From Lama guanicoe (Eukaryota): a DNA stretch of 64,000 nt. Positions 24,316-37,475 of this stretch are shown here, piece after piece. The DNA lies in NCBI GenBank assembly GCA_013239625.1, contig MU053557.1:255063-319062 (forward strand), in the 5' to 3' direction. Made by a program: the position numbers and the translations under genes. How positions within the stretch are numbered: the first letter of the stretch is position 1; each line of letters opens with the position of its first letter. The notes under the pieces are model-generated. The model saw nothing but the letters and a program-made list of their open reading frames with translations, was not told the origin of the DNA and did not search any database.

Positions 24316-24424
24316 TAATTGGGTTTATTTATTTATTAACTTATTTAATGGAGGTAGTGGGGATTGAACTCAGGACCTCGTGCATGCTAATCATACATTC
24401 TGCCTCTGAACTAGATGCTCCCCG
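24316..24424 (-). mobile_element. tRNA-Ala-derived SINE, Vic-1-like (camelid)
   Basis: Minus strand GGGGAGCATCTAGTTCAGAGGCAGAATGTATGATTAGCATGCACGAGGTCCTGAGTTCAATCCCCACTACCTCCATTAAATAA...; tRNA-like head with B box GAGTTCAATCC and (TAAA)n tail. Confidence 0.85.
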
Positions 24425-24429
24425 CTATA

Positions 24430-24645
24430 ACGTACAGTTACTTTAGAATCAAATCTGTGTTTGAGCCACAGCTCTGTAACTTACCTACATTTATGGTTGT
24501 CTCAATAGCAAATTCTTACTAAATTTCATCTTTCCTATCTAAAAATGGGATAATATTAATATCTTCCCCATAGTATTGTTGGAATGATTAGAAAGGATAA
24601 CATATGCTAAATGCTTGGTGCAGAGTAAGCAAGTTAATCGTTCTT
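24430..24645 (+). mobile_element. MIR SINE (5' part apparently interrupted by the Vic-1-like SINE)
   Basis: TGTGTTTGAGCCACAGCTCTGTAACTTAC...TTTCCTATCTAAAAATGGGATAATA. Confidence 0.75.
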
Positions 24646-25077
24646 GTTGTTGTGGAAATGTAACTTGGTTGAAAATTATGAAATAAAATCGATAGCAAGA
24701 AAAATAACCCAAAAAACCAAACACCTGCACTGGGTAGATTTTAGTGCCTCTACTTAGGATGTCAAGCAAATGATGTCTCATTCTCTGTCAGTGACTCTAT
24801 AGCATGCTGTCTGGTCCAAGATCCAATGACAACAGAGTTAGTAAATGAGGGTATGTGGATTAGTTTATGGTACTTTCTATGATTAAACTTCAGACGATGA
24901 GGGGAAAAAGACAGCACAATCATTACATTCAATCAGATGCCTCATCAGGTGGGTTGAAGGCATTATATACGGCCGGGGATCATCAGGAACAAGACAACAA
25001 CAATCCATTCAATGATGGAGCTGCATTTGTGCAAGTGGTACCCGTACTGAGGTCAGTCGGCTGAGGCACTTTGCTTG

Positions 25078-25090
25078 GTTGCTAGGCAAC
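25078..25090. promoter_or_regulatory. RFX X-box motif GTTGCTAGGCAAC
   Basis: Close match to the palindromic RFX X-box consensus; function untested. Confidence 0.5.
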
Positions 25091-26842
25091 AAGGGACCTG
25101 CTATTCTGTAGTCTATCGATATCAATATGAAGCTCTAACCAAGCCACACTCCTGGTTCCACTTATGTGATGGCTGCATGGAAGTGCTGGGGAACAGAGAG
25201 GATTATATAATGTGGAAAAAGTGAGAGTTGGCCGCATACAGCAAGGCATCATCTTTGAAGCAGGAGTGATTCGATAGGGATCATCTGCTTGTTATGGTTC
25301 CTGCCTGAATTGAAGATCTTATGGGAAGCATACGAAGTAGTCCCATATAACCAATAACCAACTCACTAATGCATTTACTTTGATCTTAGAGAGAAAGGCT
25401 TAACTTCTGAAGTCCCCCAACAGATGTCAACAAAGCTACATTTCAGAATATTCTAGGTTATAAAGGTACTTGCCCTAGAATTTGTGTGGTTCTCTACCTA
25501 GAAAGGAAGTAAGCATTGCACTAGGCTATCAAATAACCTCTCCATTTTTTTTTAGCAGTGTGAATTGTTCCTATACTAGCTTCAAGGGAGTCGATGATGT
25601 GAAAGCCAATAATCTAGTATTTTAATCTGAGTTCCTTAAATATGTTATCTGTTAAAACAGAAATAACAAACAATAGGTTGTATTTACTTTGAAATAGAAT
25701 TATCAACTGGACAGTCAGTGTAATTAGAGTATTGCATGTTTGGGTACAAGACCCGCATGGGTTTTGCCTGAAATCAAATAGTAGCTATAACTGGCCACAA
25801 GAATCACCAAAAGAGGCTAATTAGATAGAAATGCAGAACATTAGAAAAAGGCAAAAAGGAGACATATGGAAGTTTTTGAGATTTTGAGTCAATTTTGTGA
25901 CCATAAGACAGAAGCTATGAGGAAAAGCTGGGGGAAAATGCAACAGTATAAAGGAAACTGAGGGAGTAACAGCGTAACTGCAAGTGCGCAGACTGGTCAT
26001 AATTAGTCACTGCTCATTTGCAACGTCAGTCATCATAAGTGTTTTGACACAAAGCAACCTTTGGTTTTATCTTCCTTCTAACCTTCTGGTTTCCACATGT
26101 GACCTTATATAGAGAACTGGTCTGCACAGCCAGGCCACTGAGCTCTTTGGAGATGTTAATGGAGATGCTCACAGAGCCACCAAAGGACAGGATTTCACTA
26201 GCTGTTGTTGGAAACTAATGGCGAGAGTGAAAAAAAGGCGCCTACAGAAATTATATTGGTGGGGTTTCTGGGCTGGTGCCTGGAACCCCGGCCAGGTCAT
26301 AGCTAGGCCAATTAAACTGTGGCCACTGAGCCAACACCAGCATCTGCCAGGTCAGGCTCAAGCTCCCCTCTCAGCTCCGCATGGGTTTGGTCCAGGCCAG
26401 ACACCCTAGCAGTGCCTCACAATAATGCAAAACAGCTTGTACTGAAAACTTAGCCTTGCTCATGTCAGAGATGTCTTTGCTGATGTCTGGAAGATTACTC
26501 AAGGAGAAAAACATGTCTAGTCAAAACAGGGGTGAACGGACCTAAGCTTATGAGTAATCAAACGATCAGGTGAACACACAAGAATTTTTCAAAGGACCTG
26601 GATGTAGCCTCACATGACCAACTCATTGACCTTTACACTGCTCTTAGTCACAGATTCTCTTTCTAGAACAGACCAGAAGAGTCAGGAGAGAATCAAATCA
26701 AATGACTCATGGAGCCACCCTGCTTTTTCACAAATATTTACTGAGAAATTCCTCTGCTTTGGACACAGGGCTAGGTATTATGCACTGGGTATAAAGCAGA
26801 GGGTACAACAGATACGCTTGCTTGTTCTGAAAAGTTGAGATT

Positions 26843-27659
26843 GTTCTCAACTAAGACATTAGCAAATAGAACCAAGCAGAACATTTACATCATAATATAT
26901 CCCAGTTGAATAGGCTATGTTCAAGTAATGCAAGGATGGTTCAACAACAATAAATCTATTAATATCATTATCCATAGTAATAGGTCAAAGGAGAAAACCC
27001 ATTTGATCACTTTTGCACAGGTTCCAAAATGCCATTTGAAAGACTTCAGGATTCAATAAAAATTGTTATCAAGTAGTAGATATAACTTGCCCCAAGAGAA
27101 GTCATTTATAGTCCTATAAATGAATCAGACTGTCCTATATAAGAATCAGACATATCCCATTTATAAAAATAACAAAAAATAAATGTATCAGATAAACTTA
27201 AGAAAAATATTTAAGATATAAAAAGAAAACTTTAAAACTCTATTCTCAAAAAGAAAACTTGAAGAAATAGAAATCATACCATCATCTTAGGCAGAAATAC
27301 TTAATATGGTAGAGATATTAATTCACACTATCTTGATTAAAAGTGATCTTAATCGCAATAGTAAGTCTTCTGTCTCTGTCTGTCTCTTGCTTGCTCACGC
27401 TCTTCTATTTTTACCCCCAGAACTTGACAAGCTGGTTTGAGAGTACACATGGAAAAATAAACTAAATGAAATCAAATGAAGGTTAAATTTAAAGAGCTAA
27501 AATCTAAAAAATAGGCGATCTAGTGACTTGACCAATTCATAGAGAGACTAAAAATAAAAACTACAGCAATTAAACAGTTTTGTTCTAGCATAGGCAAACA
27601 ACAATGGCACAGAGTCTAGAAATAACTGTAAATGTCCAAGTAGACTCATATTTATATAT

Positions 27660-27695
<36 letters not shown>

Positions 27696-28790
27696 AAAGA
27701 AAGACTTTTCAAACTGAAGAGGAAAACTTGGATTATTCAAATAAGGAGTTCTGAAATCACTAGCCACTTGGAGAACAGATTAAGGCTGTCGCACTCTTCC
27801 CATTGGACAGCTCAAAGACTTAAACACATGTATTAAAAGAGCGAAACTGATAAAGTACTACAAGAAAACAAGAAAAGAAAATCCTAGAGTGGTGAAGTTT
27901 TTCTTAAGCAAGATATTGGATACAAAAGGCAGACAAGATATAAAGGATAAACTTAAATCATCAAAAACAAAAGAACAAAAACTTCTGCATAACAGAAACT
28001 AGAATTGGGAAAAGCGTTTTCAATACACATAAGAAGTAGCTAATTTTTTAATATTAAAAGAGCTCTTATAAGGAGATGAAGATCAATTATGCAAAGAAAA
28101 ATGGGACTGGGGAAAAACATGAACTTTCAGTCTATAAACAAAGAAACATAAATGGCTTATAAACATAAACAGATATTCAACTTACTCAAAGGTAAAACAA
28201 CTGAAAGCATAAGATATTGTTTTTCACCAGTCTAATTGGCAAAGATGAAAATATTTAATAGTATACATTGTGGTCAAGAGTGTGGACAAACAGGCCATCT
28301 CAGACCCTGCTCGTAGAGCTACAAATTCATACAAACTCCCCAGGAAAGCAACTTGGGAATACATGTCAAATTTAAATGCGCATATTCCTTGACCCAGCAA
28401 AGTAAAATCTGCCTATCTGACACATATATTTCACTTCAACATTTCTGCCAAACCAGAAACAACCTAAATAGCCATCAACAGGGGACAAGGAACATACCTA
28501 CAGTTTTAGAAGTATTAACATAGAAAGATGCCCAAGGTATATATTATATTTAAGAAGCAAAAATAAATTAGTATTATTCTATTTGTTGAAATAAGACACC
28601 AAATATATGCTTGTATATGCATCCACTATTTCCACAAAAACATATAAGAAACTATTAACGAGTTATCTCTGATTATTGGGGCTGGGGAATTGGGAGTTAT
28701 GAAAGGAAGCAATCTGCCTTTTGTATCTTTACATATTATTTGACCTTTTTCTTTGTCATGCATATTTACTGCTTTCTTATTAAAAAGAGT
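26843..28790 (+). mobile_element. Ancient, internally deleted L1 (ORF2 RT to 3'UTR)
   Basis: Decayed ORF2 motifs KTLANRTKQNI (cf. KILANRIQQHI) and MQGWFNNNKSINII at 26928 (cf. MQGWFNIRKSINVI); A-rich strand bias and many stops. Confidence 0.85.
27663..27692. repeat. (AT)15 microsatellite
   Basis: Read directly. Confidence 0.95.
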
Positions 28791-30114
28791 TTTCCTACTT
28801 GGCTGCACTGTACTTTTCAAACAAGGATGATTCATGTAATAGTATTGTTTTGGATAAAGGCTGAGCTTGCTGCAAATGTGGATTTTGCCATCCAAGCCCT
28901 CTCTTATCTGAATGAAATAAACTCCAGTCTTTGTGAAATATACTTCGATGGTAAGCTGGCTTTTAAAGACTAAAGTAATCTCTCTTCAAAAACATCCACT
29001 TCAAAAACCTACAACTGGGTACATTTTTGAAATATGGTTTTTTTCCCCAAGATAAATAATAATTCTCCAAGCAACATGACTGACAAAACTTCTGTATATG
29101 TGTATGCTTTAATTAAGAGATATATTTTATAATAAAGAAAAATCCAGTAAAGATCTACTAGTAATAAATATGGTGTTGTAGCGATAGCAGAAGTGATGAA
29201 ATTTCCATGATGCTCTATTACCTGGAAGAGGTTGAGTTGCTGAGACATTAGAGGAAACTGAAATAAAAACAAGCACCTGAATATGATGTATTATAGATGG
29301 AATTTAATTTTTAAAGAATAGTCTGTATTTCTTATACACCATGGCCACTTTCATTACCGTTCAAATTTTAGCATCACCAAATTAGCATATAATTGGTCTG
29401 TAATCTGTATTTAAAAGTGACTTAAAAGTTTTGGTATTTTCTTCTATAAAGACCTAGTAAAGGGATTTAAAAACTCAAATGCAGAAACAAGCGCAGCGCA
29501 ACAGGCACTCACCACGTTGCTCAATTTCTCATGATTTAAGAGGGGTTTTGAGCTGTTTCTGGGCTGGAACCGCAAAGGAACCATTCTGTCTATAAGGCAT
29601 CTTAATAATGATCAGATGTTTCAACTTGGACCTGATGAATGAAGAGCGAGAACAGCCAGTCCTCTATTAAGCTGTGAAGTCAGATGACAATTGGTAATCA
29701 GGAACAAAGATTAATAAGCAAACTTGAGTTTTTATCTGAAGTATAAAATTAGAAAGCATGAAGTCTGTAGATGTCGGTCAAACGGTTTTTTAATTCAGTG
29801 AATTTTTCCTGGGTTAGACAAGGTAATAATTTATTACTGTTTCCACTAGTATCAGATTTTGCATTCTAATACAAATTGAGGTTAGAGGTGGACAAAACTA
29901 TGTCTGTGGCAACGTGTTCAATCACTCCTAATGTCTTCAGTTAGAACAAGACAACAGCAAGCCATGTTGAATTTAACACTGATCTGGGCCGAACGAGAGA
30001 GAATGCATTCAAACCTTCTGAAAGGGAACAATCTAAGCTGCTCAACTTTCACCCGGTTTGTTTAGCACTGCTAGTCCAGAGGGGATGTCGGGATGGGTGA
30101 GAAAGCAAGCCACC

Positions 30115-30290
30115 GTGTAACCGAGTAGAAAGCATCCCAGACCAGGAAAGAAGAGCTCAGGGTCCTAATTCTGGCTCTGCCAGGTGTTAGCCGGGTGACT
30201 TGGGGGACATTGCCGAGTCTCTGGCTAGCTCAATTTCTCATTTGAGAAATGAAGGGATTAAATTAGGCTTTTAAGAGCCTTTCTAATTCT
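30115..30290 (+). mobile_element. MIR3-like SINE
   Basis: GGGTCCTAATTCTGGCTCTGCCA...GTGACTTGGGG...CAATTTCTCATTTGAGAAATGAAGGGATTAAATTAG. Confidence 0.75.
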
Positions 30291-30789
30291 TAGTCCATAA
30301 ATAACACCAGAAAACGATGGTAGAGAATCTGAAGAAATAGGTGGCTATTGTGTTATCACTAATGACTACATCAGCACATGGGGAGAGAAACGTTCCCTTT
30401 CAGTGACTTCCCCTAAAACATGTAGCATGATTGATTCACGTACGCATGCGTACTATAATCACTGTGCTGGGGCTGCGTGCTATGTTGGTGAGTAAAAGAC
30501 ATGGCCCTACCCTTGTGGTGTGTGTGTTGTCATGTTATCAGGTGGGGCTAGAGGGCAGTGGAGTGAGACCCCAACAATTAGGACAAATTAAATTTCAGCT
30601 TCATATACCTTGGCAAAGTCTTCTAAAAAGCAAATACCCAAATCTTGAGACTGATACACTTCATGTTAATGGGACATGGCAAATTGAGAGTGTGGTACAC
30701 ATGAATCGCTTCTCAAATTAATCCATGTGTGTTGCCAATGCTGCCTTTTCTCTAAACAAAACAGAACAATATTTTGTATTCAGCAGTCG

Positions 30790-32360
30790 TCAGTGGTAAT
30801 ATTATAAACTTGTCTTCAAGTTATTATAGATACTTTGTAAAATAAAACAAGTCATGTTACTGTTGTTAAGAACCCAGATTTTCAGCATGAAAGGAAACAC
30901 ATGAGAGCATAAAACCAAAGGGAAAAAAAAACTTTTAAATATTATTTGGAAACTTCAATAGGAACTCATGAATTTTTTCTCTCTCAATTTTTATGTCTTA
31001 GCTTTGTCTATGGCAGAGGCTTAGAGGCAATGATCATCCAGGAGTGATAAGCAACCCTAGCGTGCAGATTGTGGTCTCCAAGCGCTCTAAGAGGAACCAG
31101 AGTTCTCAGAAAGAGCTGAGGCTAGGTCTGAAACAGGAGGTGAAAGAGATAATCCTGGGAAACCGTGTTGGGCTCGTCAGCAAGGAAGCCAACACACTAA
31201 GAGGGATTATGTCAACAGACACAGGAGCCAGCCATAAGGTGACCCCACTGTTGATCCGGGACGGTGCCAATGTCAGAAAGAACAATCACAACATTCAGCA
31301 CAAATTGTGCTGAACACTGGAATTTGACACAACGTTGTAAAATGATTATAAATCAATAAAAAATGTTTAAAAAAACAATCACAACAGGCTGAAAACTATC
31401 AAACACATAATCTATTAAAAAAAACAAACTCTGTTTCTAGGGTACCACGTATTGCTCTGAAAATGGATAAATAAAGTAATGAAGGATTTATCTCGCCTTT
31501 ATTGTATTTCAGGGGAACCAAATGGTCAACGAGGGGAAGTTCTTCATAGAAGAATTCCAGCCAAAAAAGATTGAGAGATTGAGATAGTCACCATTTTGCA
31601 ATCTTAGTTAAGTAATGGGGGTGAGCAATGCTAAAATGACCTGAAAATTTGCTGGGAAAAGTTTATAAACGAGGGATTGGGCTTGAAAGCATATAAATCC
31701 ACCCTTCAGTCCCTTAAAGTGGGACAAATAGACCTTACGTTGCCTCAGCACGTAGTATAATAGAAAGTACACAAAGCCATCTACGAAACAGGCTTGTGTA
31801 AAACCACAAACTAGAATCTAATCAAGCCCCTTACTCCAGCCACCATCTAGAAGAACTATGGGTGGCAGGACAGGGAGGGATCTCACAAGGAAGCAGTCAG
31901 ACAAACCCAGAATGTGTAACACTCTACAGGACGGATGGCAATTCCTCCAGCAAATCAAAAGCAGAGGAAGAGACTCAGGAAACAAAACCCCCAAATGCAT
32001 ATTTTGGCCATGTTTTCGTCCTGATTTATCTTTGAAACAACTTGGGAAATTAGGTATTTAGAGGGTATTAAGGAATCGTTAATTTTATAGGAGTGATAAT
32101 AGCATAATAACTATGTAAAATTTTCCTTCATTAAAAAATGCAGACTGAAGTGTTTATGTCCTTACGGTTGACACAATGTCTAAAGTTTGCCTTAGATGCT
32201 CCAGTCACGTTCCTCGCCCATAACACGTGAGGCTTCCTGACACGAGATTGGCATAATGTTGATTACTGTTGAAGGCGGGCAGTGGGTATATGAAGATCGT
32301 TAACTCACTCTTGCTTCTTTGAGCATGCTTGACGATTTTCATCATAAAACATTTAAAAAG
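30790..32360 (+). mobile_element. Old L1 3'UTR (L1MC4/5-like)
   Basis: GAGGCTTAGAGGCAATGA...CCTAGCGTGCAGATTGTGGTCTC and terminal GCAGTGGGTATATG...ATTTTCATCATAAAA; subfamily tentative. Confidence 0.7.
31294..31373 (+). mobile_element. 80-bp young L1 3' end with perfect 13-bp TSD, nested in an old L1
   Basis: AAATTGTGCTGAACACTGGAATTTGACACAACGTTGTAAAATGATTATAAATCAATAAAAAA; TSD AACAATCACAACA at 31281-31293 and 31374-31386. Confidence 0.92.
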
Positions 32361-34569
32361 TATACAATTTAAGGAAAGACACACTATTGTGGCGATATTC
32401 AGCCAAGCTGCATTCACTTCTGGCAGTATCTCACTTTGTTCCCCCTAGGACGGGTCTCTGTCTTGTTAAATTCCCATTGTCTTGACTCCCCAGTTTTCCT
32501 TTCCATCAGCCAATGCCCAATTCCATTTATCGCCTCTTGTCTGCACTGGCGTCTTGAGATGGGATCCTGTAAATATTCCTCATTTTCCATGCTCTTAGAT
32601 AACATAAGACCCTGTGTCTTATTTCTCCATCACCTCAGGGTGCCCATCTTAATTCATCTGTCTTCCCGAGAAGCATTTTCAATTTGTGATGGATTTGCGG
32701 TGGAATTTCCTGGTGTGTAATTCTTTCTAGGGAGGAACTTCAGAAATCCTCTTGAGATACAGTTATCATCTTTACGTTTACAACCTCACACTCACAGATG
32801 ATGAATATTTTACTCATGTCATCACAGTCAAAACAGGAGGAGAATGTGAACCACATTACAGGAAGCTGCTTTGTGTTCACAGAACGTTTTCACTCCTCAT
32901 CTACGGGCACCGGTGACATAGATTATCATTCACTATTTATTTATTTAGAATTCTGTGCGACACACCGATCATACACAACATAGTATGCAAGCACACATCT
33001 TAAAACAGGCCATACGGCATTCACATACTAGGCTGGTATCAGCTAAAACTGACTCATGAATCACACATCTGTTTACAGGTCGATTGAGAAGGAAACTGAT
33101 GAAGGAATTTTGGACCAGTATTTGCTGAGCACGGAGTATGTACTAGGCTCTGTGTTGGGTGCTCCACATACATTATTTCATGAATGATAGTTAATAGTCA
33201 CCAAAGCAGTTCTTATCGTGGCAAAGATCATTTATTTGGCATCTACTGTGTCACGCTTGATACATTTTCCATTTGAACAAACCAAAGCTCTGAGGTTACT
33301 GCAGCTCGTTTTAAGCGAGGGTAAGTAACACACTCCAGCTTGCTCAGTTACTAAGTGGGGAACTCTGACTTGCAGACCTCTGTTGCCTCCACTAGCTTTT
33401 TCCGTCAGCCGTTTGCATATGACTTGAATAATTTTTGCCACCCCCCGCAAACCGCGTGGACAATTATTTATGTAATAGCTTTACATTGACATATTTTTCC
33501 TTAAGTAGATTTACCCCCCAAAGGAAATGAAATACCATGGTCAGAAACGGAAAACTAATATCATTTGTCATAAATTGGAGGTAACCATATAAATAAATGC
33601 AATGAAATGTTGGCCTCTGCAACCTGAGACTGGCTCCAGTCTGACGGAGAAGATCCCCCTCCTCGTCTCTGATTACCCCGTGGAGCACGCCACCTAAATG
33701 ATCTTGTGTACTCTTTGCGGTGTGGGTACCATATGCTAGGCAATGCTTTGTTTACTATCATCCAATATGGCTTCAAAGAGGTGAAGATATTATGGACCAT
33801 GGGTCTCTGCCATAAAATGCAAATACGGTGAAACCTTAACCATACTTTGGCAAACACACTCCTGACATGAGGCGTGAAAACTGGAAAGAAAAAGTTGAGT
33901 TCAAATAACTAGATCAGAAAACAGACATGTAAAGAGAAACCTCGTGAATAAATCGGAAATCGTATTTCCTGGCAACAAGTTTTGACCATATTCAGGTTTC
34001 CAATGAGATAGAGCATTATATTTATAGCTAAGCATAAAATATAGTGTGTATGCATATTTGTGGGCATACATACATATGACTGTACGTACATGCATATATA
34101 CACACTTGTGTCTATATATGGATTATATTTATGCTGGGAATGCTTATGCTATGCCTTCTGATGATTTTGTACATCCCCACTAAATTAGTCCTATAAACGA
34201 AGCTCGTGTACAGGCTACCGTCCTGATTTATGCACAAGAAACCAGTTCATAAGCAGCAATAAGCAGGATGTCAGTCACAGCCACTATCTGGCTGAGCACT
34301 GCACATTTAATAACTAGCATCGAGATTGCTCCTGATAGTTTTGGGTTGGCATGTGTATGTGGACAGAGTGTTTAAGGACGTCAGAGCCATTTCCTAAGCA
34401 ATGGAGAGCTCATTCTTTACTTTTATTTTTTTTTAATTCAAGGGGCAAGATATCATTGGAAGAACTCTGGTCTAAGATCACAAAGCTCTATAGGCTGGAG
34501 TTGAATGTCTTTGGATATTAAAAGAAGTTCAGAAATCTCTCTTTTGTGAGAAAGATTTCCCGTTGGAAG

Positions 34570-34775
34570 GCAATACAATTGGGTAGAAATAAAAGCGACT
34601 TTGGAGTCAGATAGACCTCAAGTGGAAATCCCCATTTTCTACCTACCAGCTGTAAGTCCACATCTACACTTTCATTTCCTCGTTCACTAAGTGAGGATAG
34701 TGACTCCTTCATCAGAGGACTTTTATAAGGTTAAACAAGAAAATATTTGTAAATTATTAAGCCGAGTGGTTGGCC
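34570..34775 (+). mobile_element. MIR SINE
   Basis: GACTTTGGAGTCAGATAGACCT...AAATCCC...TCTACCTACCAGCTGT. Confidence 0.75.
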
Positions 34776-34783
34776 CGCTCTAT

Positions 34784-35160
34784 CATTCGTGTATTTATTC
34801 GTCAGACGAACGCCGAGTGCCAGTGCATGCCAGACCCCGTGCTAGGTGGAGGAACAGCAGTGAATGAGGCAGACACAGTGCTTCAGTAGATAAACCAGAT
34901 TAAGAAGATGATGAATGTGCTGTAAAAGCAATTGGGAAATAAATCAAATGAGACAGACAGTAAGTGGTGGGCGTAGCGGCTAGCAAAGTTCTCTCGGAGG
35001 AAGTGGCATTTTGTCTGAGACTTGACAGGTGAGACTGAGCCAACCATGGGAAGAACCCGGGGGCGGTGTTTGAGGGGGAGGGCGGGGCAGTGGGAAGACA
35101 GGAGGCCATAATTATAGTCTGGGTGGAGATGACGGTGAACTGGGCCAGAGCAGGGGCAGT
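34784..35160 (-). mobile_element. L2 LINE fragment
   Basis: CATTCGTGTATTTATTC...GTGCTAGGTG...CAGCAGTGAATGAGGCAGACACAG...GAGGAAGTGGCATTT. Confidence 0.75.
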
Positions 35161-36409
35161 AAAGATGTATCTGAATCTTGTAATAAATATTAGTTCTCTT
35201 CTCCTAAGATATTTTCAAGAAGAAAAACTATGTCATTGAATAATTTCCACTAATTATAAATTCAAAGGAAGGAAGTCGAAATGCTTCCTACACATAGTAT
35301 AGGTTCTTAAGAACTCGGAGCCTCAGGGCCTTTCTTTCTATGAACGATTTTTTTTTTTTTCCTGACCAGGCCTTGAGATCAGATATTTACTATGACAAAT
35401 GGGTCTGCTTTAGATTTGGTTATTATTTTCATTTAGTATTGCCTGTCCAGATGTTTGGTAATAAAACTTTTCAGAGATTTTACATATATATGAAAAAGAA
35501 TAAATGTTTTCTTCTTCCCTTGTGGATATTCACCATCCCCCTAGCTGACTCATTGACAAATTTAATCATAGAAATTAGTTGTTGTTGTGCTGGGGTCCCC
35601 TGGCCATGTGCAAGGGCGACTCTTGAGTGTTTTGCTGGGACAGCCACAAAAACCCTAAGTGACAGGCATGAGTCAGGACACGTTCCACAGAGGAAAACAG
35701 CTCTCAGTTGACATTCTTTCCTTTCGGTGCTAATACTGGCTTAATTTGGAGAACAAGCAATGAAGAGCCAGCCCTCGTTCTCTGTCAGCTTCCCAGACAG
35801 CTGGGTCAGGAAAGTCTTCTCTCTGCAGCGGCTCTGGTGGGAAGCCCTGTACTTGAGAGCACGGACTGCCCCCCACACCTGCCTTCCGCTCTTCTACTTT
35901 CGTGGTTCCAGCGTGGGGACCTCCTCCTTTCCCGGATGCCTTTCTCTGGCCTTGGAGTGTGGGTCTCCAATACCTCGCTAGTCTCTACTTGTCACGGATG
36001 GTTAGTCAGTCTTAGGAAACCATTTATCAGTAATAAATGAGCCACATCTTTACACTTGCAGGTATGATGAGGTCAGGATGTCTTGCTATTTGATAATCCT
36101 AGTTGCCTTGAGATGGATTCAGGAGCAACACTGGAGGGCAGCCACTGCAATGGTCTGAAATAGCTCACCCCTCACTTCCACCTCCCCTACTCCTTTGGTA
36201 TTTTTATGTGGTTCTATGCATAAGTGCGTTTTTGCACACCTTAGTACTGCCTTGTTCATTTCCTCAGATGATCGGAGCACCATGTGACATACAAATAAAC
36301 TAGTCAGTTACTTGTTAACACCCTCTCATGGTAAAATTAATTGGAGGTGTTCCTATTCAAAAAAAAAATGACTCGACCTCTGATGCATACTCCAGAGAAA
36401 ACGTCATGA

Positions 36410-36625
36410 GTGTAGTGTGGTGGGAACAGCGCGGGCTTTGGAATCAGGCTGACCAGGTCGGGACAGGGCTCGAGTACACTGTAACGCTGTGATCTCAGGC
36501 ATGTTCACGGTGCCGTAACAGCACATACCTTGTGGAGATCTTGTGAGGATTCAGTCTCCTCGTTCAGCAAGGCAGCTCAGAGCCTGGTACATTGTAGACA
36601 TTCAGTAACTGTTGGCTATAACTTT
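36410..36625 (+). mobile_element. MIR SINE
   Basis: GGGCTTTGGAATCAGGCTGACC...CTGTGATCTCAGGCATGTT...TTGTGAGGATT...GCCTGGTACATTGTAGACATTCAGTAA. Confidence 0.75.
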
Positions 36626-36719
36626 TATTACCACCACTCTTTGGGATGGAATAAAGAGTATAGAAGAAGTGCCTGTGGCTGAAAATGAGCGTCCCATAAT
36701 GACACACTAAGGGCTTCGG

Positions 36720-36892
36720 TAGATTACCTTCTCTTTCATACAACTTCTGCCTCGGACTTGCTTCAGTACACTGCCGAGTGTCCCTTTATCTCGCTGTGAC
36801 CGCAGGGACGGAGCTTCAGTCTTCATGTATCCTCGGCGTCCTACAAAGTGCCTGGTGCTTAGTAGGTGCGCAGTGCATGTTTGTTGACTAAG
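36720..36892 (+). mobile_element. L2 LINE 3' end
   Basis: GTGCCTGGTGCTTAGTAGGTGCGCAGTGCATGTTTGTTGACT. Confidence 0.75.
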
Positions 36893-37267
36893 AGAAACAA
36901 CAAACCCAAACAATTTATTTTCTATAGTCTCCTGAGCCTCAGATGCTGAAAGGCTTTAAAAAAATCAGTTGTTTTAAAATGGGGCTGGAAAAAAATGCTT
37001 AAGAATCTTTAAAGCTGTTCAATATGGTATCATTGGACAAATTCTAAATATTAAAAATATTTTTTAAAGCAATTGTGGATTTCAGGCAGCTGGATTTCAA
37101 AACAATTCCAAATAATCTCCACTTTCTTTAAACCAATCCATTCTTTATCTGACTTTAAAAATTTAGACATAATTTTATAGACAAAAGACTTGGCCAGTTT
37201 TCATGGTGAGATTCAAATGACTATCAAGAGACAACATTTTTTAAAAAATATGCTAAAAATGCATTTT

Positions 37268-37475
37268 AAACTACAGTTAATAATATTGTATATTTGAATG
37301 TTGCTGAGAGAGTAGATCTTAAAAGTTTTGATCAGAAGAAAAAACATGTTGTAACTATGTGGTGATGGATGTTAACTAGACTTACTGTGGTGATTATCTC
37401 ACGACACCTACAAATACGGAATTATGATGTTGTAGACCTGAAATGAACTTAATGTTATATATCAACAATGTCTTT
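37268..37475 (+). mobile_element. L1 3' end (L1MA9-like)
   Basis: TTTGAATGTTGCTGAGAGAGTAGATCTTAAAAGTT...GTAACTATGTGGTGATGGATGTTAACTAGACTTACTGTGGTGAT; degenerate TSD AAAAATGCATTTT (37255-37267) / AAAAACGTATTTT (37476-37488). Confidence 0.88.

Noticed and set aside
24350..24424. Possible tRNA-Ala gene
   Set aside because: Degenerate stems and a SINE-type tail; treated as a SINE
24965..25054. Minus-strand peptide PQYGYHLHKCSSIIEWIVVVLFLM faintly resembling a DRAM/TMEM150 helix; also considered as an endogenous viral fragment
   Set aside because: Bounded by stops, no adequate splice signals, no further homology seen
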